Shown in pieces: positions 57,070-64,000 of a stretch of 64,000 nt of DNA. Every line of letters begins with the position of its first letter. Position 1 is the stretch's first letter. The notes beneath the pieces were generated by a model that was not told the DNA's origin, did not search any database, and worked only from the letters and a program-made list of their open reading frames with translations. A program made the translations under genes and the position numbers. This stretch comes from a virus, in IMG/VR virus record IMGVR_UViG_3300025687_000001, positions 1 through 64,000 of that record; one strand, 5' to 3'.

Positions 57070-58432
57070 GATGAACTACTTCCAGCTAGGACCGGAGTAC
57101 GAGCCCACGAAGGCCTACTTCGTGTCCTCGGCTGGAAAGGTAACCGACGTAAGTCGAGAGATGCAGATTGCTCGTAGCATGAGCCCATTTCTTGGCTTCC
57201 CTGCAGGGGGTAGTCTGCTGTTGCTGGCCACAGCCAAATTTAGTAACTGGGGCCAGCGTCTGGAGAAGCGGGTCTACGTAGCGTCAGGAGAGGATACCGC
57301 TCCTGAAGAGCTAGTCCGCGCATTCTATGCAGCTAAGATTGGCCACCCGCTGCTGCTAATAACCACAGCCGCACAGCGTCTTCTGGACACTAACTACGTG
57401 ACCACTATCCGGTGTGTCACGTCTATCCCTGGGACCCTGGCGGACACCTGTCCCAAAACAGCAGTTTTGGCTGGGCTAGCCCAGAACACCAAGACAGGTC
57501 TTCACCTTAGCGTCTACAGTGCTACTAGCCGCAGCCTAGCCCCCCTTTTTGACAAAACCGCGTACATTAGAGAGAAACTGCTTTCGCAGTTTACTGCTCT
57601 GGCGGTAGGGGACACTGCCCTCTCCGACAACCGAACGCGGGCTTTGACCGCAGGAGTCACAAAGCGGAATACTAAGCTTCCGCTGGACCGCGTAGCCTTA
57701 CTAGGAGAGTGGTACCGAGAAGACTTCCACGCGCTGAAACACGGCTTATGCCTAGCGTCCCAGTGTAAGCCTTACGCGCCGGAAATAGCAGGCAATGACG
57801 CCCTCATCCAAAGCGCGGCAGAAGCCTTGCCCGCGCAGTGGTCCCGCTTGACGCAGTACAAAGCCTTGCAGAAAGCAGGAGAAGCCGCGGTACGAGAACG
57901 CAGCCACTGCGTAGGGGGCCACCGAGCCGGTCTGGACACTAAGGGTCGCTGGAATCTGTATCGCCTATTGTCTTACGACGACTACAGCCGGTGGTTGAAC
58001 CCGGTGCTGGCGACGGCACAGGCCGTCCTGGCCTACAACACGACTGCATGCCCGCTAAGAACGTGGGCTAAGTACGTGGAAAGCCTGTCAACTTCGCCAC
58101 CGGCTAAGGAAGACCTAGTGGCGCTACTGCACTACAGCGTTCGGGAACTGGGTGCACGGAGTTACTGTTACGGTGCAGAGACCGCCGGCCCCGTACCGGA
58201 GAGTGTCCTCGACGGACTGCTGTCCCGAGAGAACGCAACTCGCGGGTGGTCAATACTAGACCTGTACGGCTTGTTTAAGGCCTTGCCGAGGCTCCCCAGG
58301 TCAGAAGCTCTCCTAACCTACGTAGAGGCGCTGTTTTCTAGATTCTACAGTGACGCTATAGACGCTCCGGAGCGCCAAACCGCGGAGGACACAGCCATGC
58401 TAGTAGAAATAGGTGCCCAGTTAGGGTTCTAG
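57062..58432 (+). CDS. Hypothetical protein
   Basis: 456-aa ORF, last gene of the RT operon. Confidence 0.7.
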   Translation: MAEMNYFQLGPEYEPTKAYFVSSAGKVTDVSREMQIARSMSPFLGFPAGGSLLLLATAKFSNWGQRLEKRVYVASGEDTAPEELVRAFYAAKIGHPLLLITTAAQRLLDTNYVTTIRCVTSIPGTLADTCPKTAVLAGLAQNTKTGLHLSVYSATSRSLAPLFDKTAYIREKLLSQFTALAVGDTALSDNRTRALTAGVTKRNTKLPLDRVALLGEWYREDFHALKHGLCLASQCKPYAPEIAGNDALIQSAAEALPAQWSRLTQYKALQKAGEAAVRERSHCVGGHRAGLDTKGRWNLYRLLSYDDYSRWLNPVLATAQAVLAYNTTACPLRTWAKYVESLSTSPPAKEDLVALLHYSVRELGARSYCYGAETAGPVPESVLDGLLSRENATRGWSILDLYGLFKALPRLPRSEALLTYVEALFSRFYSDAIDAPERQTAEDTAMLVEIGAQLGF

Positions 58433-58433
58433 C

Positions 58434-58470
58434 AAAGAAGCGCTTTCCGGCTTGGGGAGCGCTTCTTTTT
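58434..58470. terminator. Terminator between converging genes (possibly bidirectional)
   Basis: aagaagcgct/agcgcttctt stem followed by ttt. Confidence 0.75.
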
Positions 58471-58475
58471 AGCTG

Positions 58476-59723
58476 TCACTGCAAGCTAGTTAAGTCGATG
58501 TCGGGGCAGACCACCAGCAGCTCAGCGGCAGCAGCGTTTTCAGAGCTTTGCGCGCTTGTGACGTCCGCCTGCGCAGACTCGAGCTCGCTGAGAGCAGAGT
58601 TTTCAGCGGTAATCTTAGTATTAAGATCAGTGTTGCTCGTAGCACATTGGGTCGTAGCGTAACTAAGATGCTCCGCGATCTTGGCTGCCAGGCCCGACGA
58701 GCTCTGGTACGAGTTTAGCGCTGCTTGTGCTTTGTTCGCTGCCGCCGCTGCTGCGCCGTAGTCGTTAGTGGGTAGGATGTCTGTGAAAAGCCGGATCTCG
58801 AAAGAGTCAGCCCCTGCTGCTGGCGTGAAACTGAATGCCGGAGATACCGTAGCGTTAGTAGCGCCTACTGCGATAATAGCCCGGACCTCCTTATGCCCGT
58901 CAGTAGCATCCGTGAGGGCCAGAATTCCGCCAATGTACGCACCCTCCAGGGCGACGCCCAGCTTCACCACCGTAGCAGTGCTACCCGCCTGAGCTGTGCC
59001 TGTGAGCCCATTCACCGCCCTAGTGGCCCTCTCAAATTGGTCCGCTGCAGCGTTCAACGCCGTAATAGCGTTTTGTAGCGCGATGGCTGGATTAAGGGCC
59101 GGAGCAGTATTAGCCACGTCAACCAGCCCGTTGAGCTCAGTGAGACGGGTCTTGTAGCCGCAGTGGATGTCACGCTTGTCACGACTAACGGTCGTATTGC
59201 CCTGCGCAGTATTGTACGCCGTCTGCTTAGTGGCCTGAGTGAACTCAGCGTCCACTCGGGCTTCGTACGCGTCGGAGTAAGCGGTTTTGTAGCCGTCCTT
59301 AACTGCAGCGCCCGCAGAGTTAGTCGGCAGCTGCGTAGTCTCAGCTGCCGTAATGAACTGCGTCCGCGACGTCTGCCAGGTGGTGACCAGGCTGTCCACT
59401 CGGTCAGTGACAACAGGGATGGCCGCGATAGCCGTGTCTAAATCGTCGAACGTTAGTGTGACTTTGGCTACCCGGTACTCGGTGTGCCCTAGGGCCACTG
59501 CGGTAGACCGAATGTCCTGCACCAGGTCCATGTCTGCGATAGTAGCTACGCGCGTAAAAACGTCGTCCGGCGCCGTAGCTCCTAGCGTCACCACAAATAC
59601 ATGCGGAGACATCGGAGGAGTGGATGGAGACGAGCCCGACGTGGCTACGATCTCAATGTGATACTTAGCGATGCCTCCGCTATAGGTAGCGTATCTCCGC
59701 TGCTTAACGCTTAGCTCAGACAT
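58476..59723 (-). CDS. Virion structural protein with coiled-coil region
   Basis: Ala/Thr-rich; N-terminal domain shared with the next two genes. Confidence 0.6.
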   Translation of the reverse strand: MSELSVKQRRYATYSGGIAKYHIEIVATSGSSPSTPPMSPHVFVVTLGATAPDDVFTRVATIADMDLVQDIRSTAVALGHTEYRVAKVTLTFDDLDTAIAAIPVVTDRVDSLVTTWQTSRTQFITAAETTQLPTNSAGAAVKDGYKTAYSDAYEARVDAEFTQATKQTAYNTAQGNTTVSRDKRDIHCGYKTRLTELNGLVDVANTAPALNPAIALQNAITALNAAADQFERATRAVNGLTGTAQAGSTATVVKLGVALEGAYIGGILALTDATDGHKEVRAIIAVGATNATVSPAFSFTPAAGADSFEIRLFTDILPTNDYGAAAAAANKAQAALNSYQSSSGLAAKIAEHLSYATTQCATSNTDLNTKITAENSALSELESAQADVTSAQSSENAAAAELLVVCPDIDLTSLQ

Positions 59724-60468
59724 TCAAGACCTCAGAGGCAGTAGGCGCAGTCGGCGCCTTTACGGTAACCACAATATCTGCTGTATCGGAGACGCTATCG
59801 GTGACTCGCACGGTTACTGTCTCTACCACGTCTACCCCACCGGCAACAAACACCCCAGTACTGGTAACCAGGCTACTGTTAGTAGTGCCGTCCGACACAA
59901 GACTGTACACATACTCCCGAACACCGCCAGAGGCCTCAAAGTGTAGTTGGTCCCCAGGGTATACGGAGTACGCCACGCTGCTGTCTCTGTAAGGCACCGC
60001 GCCAATCACGCCCAAAGTAAGGGGGCCGAAGGTGCCGCTGGTACTGGACGAATCCACGCCTAGCAGTGCCTTGACGCCTCCTCTGGCGGCCTGGTACGCG
60101 TTGTTAGCCGCGTCCCACTTAGTGTAAGTCTGGCTGATGCTGTTAGTTCTGTAGGCGTGGTACCCAAAGGCGTACGTACCGTTGGTAGCTTCGTCTGGGT
60201 CGTATACGTCTGCTTCGGAGGGGTCGATTACCCCGAGCCCGGACAGATCAACGTGGTTGGCCACTCTGCGGTACTGAGGAGAGCTCCACGTCCACGCACG
60301 GTACCCTGTCTGCGGAGCTTCGTCCGGGGCGGGATCTACCGTCTTGGCCCTAACTACAACGAGTATACTGTCCGAAACCTCGGAAGGCCCGGAGGTAGCT
60401 AACGTCAGCGTCCACAGAGAAGACGGGGCATCATACGTCAGCCCGGCCGTGAGGGTTAAGCTAGGCAC
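59716..60468 (-). CDS. Virion structural protein with C-terminal Ig-like domain
   Basis: FEASGG..EYVYSL...TVTVRVTDS. Confidence 0.6.
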   Translation of the reverse strand: MPSLTLTAGLTYDAPSSLWTLTLATSGPSEVSDSILVVVRAKTVDPAPDEAPQTGYRAWTWSSPQYRRVANHVDLSGLGVIDPSEADVYDPDEATNGTYAFGYHAYRTNSISQTYTKWDAANNAYQAARGGVKALLGVDSSSTSGTFGPLTLGVIGAVPYRDSSVAYSVYPGDQLHFEASGGVREYVYSLVSDGTTNSSLVTSTGVFVAGGVDVVETVTVRVTDSVSDTADIVVTVKAPTAPTASEVLNV

Positions 60469-60833
60469 TACGCGGACTCTAGCTCATTAACCGCTACACC
60501 CACAAACGCAGCTACCTCTTCGTACGCGTCCAACACAGCTTGTACGCGCGTAACGAAGTCGCCTTTGGCAGCAGCCCCCGATGCAGCGGTATCATAGACT
60601 ATTGTGGCGGTGGCCTTCCGGTAGTGGCTGTAGTTCGTATCCCGTACAGCCGGGTACGCAACAATCTCGTACGGGGAGGCTACGCCCACGTAAGCGTCTT
60701 TGTCCTCTGTCACTCCTCGGCTAAACATAAGCAATTCGTCGGGGATACCGTCTCCATCGCTGACCGTAGCTACAATTTGGGATTGACCCTCTCCCAGTAT
60801 GGTACAGTTCAGCGTCAGAGTTAATGTAGCCAC
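60468..60833 (-). CDS. Small virion structural protein
   Basis: Shares the VA...YR...D..A pattern with the two downstream genes. Confidence 0.6.
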   Translation of the reverse strand: MATLTLTLNCTILGEGQSQIVATVSDGDGIPDELLMFSRGVTEDKDAYVGVASPYEIVAYPAVRDTNYSHYRKATATIVYDTAASGAAAKGDFVTRVQAVLDAYEEVAAFVGVAVNELESA

Positions 60834-60846
60834 GCGTGGTCTCCAA

Positions 60847-61368
60847 ATGCATACTTACCTGGGGATAGACCCCAGCCTAACGTCCACAGGAATAGTACTC
60901 CTATCTTCCAACACCCGGCCAACAGAAATCGCGTTATGCCCTACCACCCGGAAATACAGGCTGAGCTGGTTCTATAGCGAGGTGGAGAAGCTTTTGTGGG
61001 GTCGTCGCGTGACTTATGCCGCCATAGAAGGCCCTTCGTACGGGAGCGTCGGCAGGGGCTCTGACCTGGATCAGCTGCGGGGGGCGCTGCGCCTTCTTCT
61101 AGAGCTGCGCAACATCCCCTATGTTATCCCTGCCCCCAAGGAAGTTAAGAAATTCGGAGCAGGCCTGGGTGGCGCTACCAAGCCCCAAATGGTGCGGGCG
61201 GCCAACGCTGACGGCTGCGCCTCCGACTTAGACGACATCTGCGATGCCTGGCACCTGGCCCGACTTGCTGAAGGCGTATACTTAGGTCGAAGCCCAAAGC
61301 CTACCCGCGCCTCTGCGCAAGTAGTTCACAACCTAATCACTAGGGTGGCAGAGCATGCCTCTCTCTAA
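60847..61368 (+). CDS. ruvC: RuvC-like Holliday junction resolvase
   Basis: LGIDPSLTSTG, AIEG, P.EVKKFG.G.G.ATK..M, DDICDA. Confidence 0.88.
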   Translation: MHTYLGIDPSLTSTGIVLLSSNTRPTEIALCPTTRKYRLSWFYSEVEKLLWGRRVTYAAIEGPSYGSVGRGSDLDQLRGALRLLLELRNIPYVIPAPKEVKKFGAGLGGATKPQMVRAANADGCASDLDDICDAWHLARLAEGVYLGRSPKPTRASAQVVHNLITRVAEHASL

Positions 61369-61807
61369 CGCCACCCTTCTTCAAGAGCTAGTTGACTTAG
61401 GGGAACACGCTACTCAACCCGGAGCGGCCCGAGCTTGGGGCGCTGCTTACGCTGCTTACGCCCAGCAATCTACCGCGCTCTCTCCTACACCGGGAATAGC
61501 CTTAGCTACTGCGACAAGTGTGATTGTCCCGGCCTTAGCTGGGCTCCCCTCCGCCGGTAGCAGTTTCTACTCAACACTAGCTGCCGCATTGATGGCTTTC
61601 TGGACGACAGCAATCCCTTCAGGTACTCCGGGTGCGGGGGCAGTGCTTGTGCCCCCCGGGCTAGCTGAGCTTCTCGAGCCGCCGTCGCGGTCTGCATTAG
61701 CAGCTCGAGACCGCGTCTCTGCCCTGACTCCTATTGCTAATACGCTGCACACCTGGGCACTGACGATATCCTACACCGTAGGGCAGAGCAGCGTGCCTCT
61801 TACCTAG
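61355..61807 (+). CDS. Hypothetical Ala-rich protein
   Basis: 150-aa ORF overlapping the RuvC stop. Confidence 0.6.
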   Translation: MPLSNATLLQELVDLGEHATQPGAARAWGAAYAAYAQQSTALSPTPGIALATATSVIVPALAGLPSAGSSFYSTLAAALMAFWTTAIPSGTPGAGAVLVPPGLAELLEPPSRSALAARDRVSALTPIANTLHTWALTISYTVGQSSVPLT

Positions 61808-62270
61808 CCCCAAGTTCGTACCCTGCGTAGCCGCCCGCAAGAAACAATACTGCCCCCGCCGCAATGACCCAGTAAAGCGCACCTCCACGCACAGACCACT
61901 CGTACTCCTCTGCGACTTCGGCTTCTAGCGCGCGGAGCATTTTAGCGTCCTCCTCGCCCACTTCCATGTACTCAGCAATCGCGTTCTCATAGGACGCCAC
62001 CGCTAACGTGTATAGCCTAGCCTGTCTCTCTAGCAGAGTAATCTTAAGCTCGTAGCTGCCTAGGAGATCTTCGTTCTCCCGGCAACCCACTTCGTAAAGC
62101 TTGAGTAGCTTGGCCTGCTCGAAGTCGTAGCAAGCTAGATCCCCGACTACGGACCACCGAGGTAATTCCGCGCTAAGGCTGTAAGTCGGAAAAGCTAGTT
62201 GCAGCACGCACGTTAGCGCGAGCAGTCTCGGCCCTAGTCCTGATGTCCCCGATGGTTTGATCGATAACAT
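61800..62270 (-). CDS. Secreted coiled-coil protein with C-terminal TM (start uncertain; spanin-like?)
   Basis: Signal-like LLALTCVLQLAF, coiled coil, terminal TM; 5' end overlaps the upstream gene. Confidence 0.45.
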   Translation of the reverse strand: MLSIKPSGTSGLGPRLLALTCVLQLAFPTYSLSAELPRWSVVGDLACYDFEQAKLLKLYEVGCRENEDLLGSYELKITLLERQARLYTLAVASYENAIAEYMEVGEEDAKMLRALEAEVAEEYEWSVRGGALYWVIAAGAVLFLAGGYAGYELGAR

Positions 62271-62511
62271 CGATGTCCTCCTGAAGCGCTTCGGCCTTGA
62301 GACGAGCATCGCGAGCAGCGTTAGCCGATGTGGCCGCCTCCTCCAACTTTTTCGCTCGCTCAAGCATGTAGAGCTTCATGCGTCTATGAACCGAGTGCGC
62401 CCCACTTTTTAGCTTCAAGAGCCCTATAGCGGCAATCACTGCCAACGCTACCAAATATACCCACCAGGGAGCCTCGGCTTTTTCTAGCGCCCGCAGCAGT
62501 TCCTTTTCCAT
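62173..62511 (-). CDS. N-terminal TM + coiled-coil protein (i-spanin-like?)
   Basis: WWVYLVALAVIAAIGLL followed by heptad repeats. Confidence 0.5.
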   Translation of the reverse strand: MEKELLRALEKAEAPWWVYLVALAVIAAIGLLKLKSGAHSVHRRMKLYMLERAKKLEEAATSANAARDARLKAEALQEDIDVIDQTIGDIRTRAETARANVRAATSFSDLQP

Positions 62512-63998
62512 TACGGGTTCTCGTTGGTAACAACGTACGCCACCAGACGCCCCGCGGTGGTGTTGCCTAGTTCTGCGGCTCCACCGACCGCCGTGAACTG
62601 GAGCTGGAGCCGCTTGTTCGCCTGCACGTCTACTGCGTAATCAAAGAAGTCCTGATCCCCCACTACCTCAAATCGACCAGTGGGCATCTCCAGCAAATCT
62701 ACCTCAGCGAACGGAGTATACACAGCGTCCGCCGTATCAATCTTAAAGTTCAGCGCCGTCTGGCTACCGTCGGAAGTGGTGAACACCTCGGTGATGTCCA
62801 CGTAGATGCGGGTAAGCTTCGCGTCCTTCGTGGCGTAGTTGGAGCCGAAACGCTGAAACGCATCTACTGCAAGCCCGGCAACGGCCCCCGCAGCCGCCAC
62901 CGTAGTATCGGTAACTTCTGTCACGTGCGTGAGGTCATGCCGAGCAATGGCAGTAGCCAGATAGTCTAGCTGCGCGCTGAGAGTGCCCGCAGCCGTGTAG
63001 ACGTTGTACGTGTCCGCTGCAGCAGAGGACCCAGTCCTGGCCTTGCTGCCGATGCTTGCTGCGCCCTCATGCGCGTCTTCATCAGAAGCTAGGTCGAGGA
63101 AGTTAGCGGGAACTTTGAAGCTAGCCCTACGGATCGCGGAGTTTTCCACGTACCCGCCGTTAGGCGTGAAGACAAACCCCGACCCGTCGAAAGTACAGAT
63201 CGGTACGAGATGGTGGTTGGGGTAGTCGTACTGAGTGGTAGTAGCTCCGGTAAAGCTGTCCCCGCTGGTGACTAGCTCCTTGCCTCCAACGCCGTCAAAT
63301 TTGTACAGGGACCAGGCAATCCCAGGGTCGTCGTTGTCCCACAGAATCCGAAAGGGCGTGGTTTCCGGGACCACCACGGTAGTCTCGGTCACCCAAAGAA
63401 CCGTTAGGTAGTCTATGTTACCACTGCCATCAACACCCCCGCGGCCTCCATTGTCGTACCAGTACGTGGCCCCTTGGTTGTTGCAGTTCGTAATGGTGAC
63501 CCACATGTCTACCTGCGGGATGCCCCCCGCACTAACCAGGCCGGCTTCCTCCGTGCCATCCGGCCCATACTTGGTAATCAGATTAGCCCCGGGACTTGTG
63601 AGCACTACGCGCGTAGGGAGCGCTACGAGCTCCGCTTCGGTAATGTTGCCCGCAGCAAGACCGGGGTAGTCCAGGTCTGTGCCCCAGGATTTGTCCTTCC
63701 AGCTCCCGGAACCTGTGCGCTCGAACTTGAGCGCCAGGGAATCTCCTCGCCGCATCATCGTCAGGTCGTTGTCACTGGCCTGCGCGTAGAATGCTGTGAG
63801 ATCCCCTTTTACAATAACCGCCTTTCCGCCATCTACACCGGCGTAATTCGGCGCGTGCACGATCAGCTTCTGGTCGTCGGCTGGAGTTATTTTGTACCCT
63901 GTAGACGCCGGGATGCCGGTAGTAGCTAGCGGGGTGTGGTCAACCTGCTCAATCCCAATGAACCCCCCGTCCGAAGAGATAAACGCCCCAGATGCAGC
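62511..63998 (-). CDS. Large virion/tail protein, C-terminal part (start lies beyond window end)
   Basis: Frame stays open upstream of 63860 (AASGAFISSDGGFIG...KLIVHAPNY); Gly/Thr/Asp-rich. Confidence 0.65.
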   Translation of the reverse strand, partial: AASGAFISSDGGFIGIEQVDHTPLATTGIPASTGYKITPADDQKLIVHAPNYAGVDGGKAVIVKGDLTAFYAQASDNDLTMMRRGDSLALKFERTGSGSWKDKSWGTDLDYPGLAAGNITEAELVALPTRVVLTSPGANLITKYGPDGTEEAGLVSAGGIPQVDMWVTITNCNNQGATYWYDNGGRGGVDGSGNIDYLTVLWVTETTVVVPETTPFRILWDNDDPGIAWSLYKFDGVGGKELVTSGDSFTGATTTQYDYPNHHLVPICTFDGSGFVFTPNGGYVENSAIRRASFKVPANFLDLASDEDAHEGAASIGSKARTGSSAAADTYNVYTAAGTLSAQLDYLATAIARHDLTHVTEVTDTTVAAAGAVAGLAVDAFQRFGSNYATKDAKLTRIYVDITEVFTTSDGSQTALNFKIDTADAVYTPFAEVDLLEMPTGRFEVVGDQDFFDYAVDVQANKRLQLQFTAVGGAAELGNTTAGRLVAYVVTNENP

Positions 63999-64000
63999 AA

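Noticed and set aside
1-64000. Stop-codon reassignment suggested by frequent TAG
   Set aside because: Conserved genes are full length under the standard code and several end in TAG

Overview
A 64-kb, gene-dense piece of a large tailed-phage genome; both ends are cut inside virion genes. Virion and morphogenesis genes lie on the minus strand. They include a repeat-containing fibre protein, a probable major capsid protein, a prohead protease, about 20 K-x-A-rich head proteins, the portal and a GpA-like large terminase. A cellular-type RNA polymerase (fused beta+beta'-N chain plus a separate beta'-C chain) and a sigma-70-family factor are also on the minus strand. Replication and accessory genes lie on the plus strand: SNF2 and DinG helicases, RNase HI, two Cas4/RecB-like nucleases, ParB, primase-helicase, a UDG-fused family A DNA polymerase, a MoxR AAA+/VWA pair, RuvC and a retron-type reverse transcriptase. 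The most striking signal is the 400-bp gap between DNA polymerase and terminase (44081-44480). It resolves into three back-to-back, sequence-unrelated units, each with the msr-msd architecture of a retron ncRNA. The only retron-like RT in the window is about 9.4 kb away, has no adjacent non-coding space, and carries YSDN instead of YxDD. All calls come from reading motifs and base-pairing by eye; no searches or folding programs were run. No tRNA, rRNA or CRISPR array was recognised.
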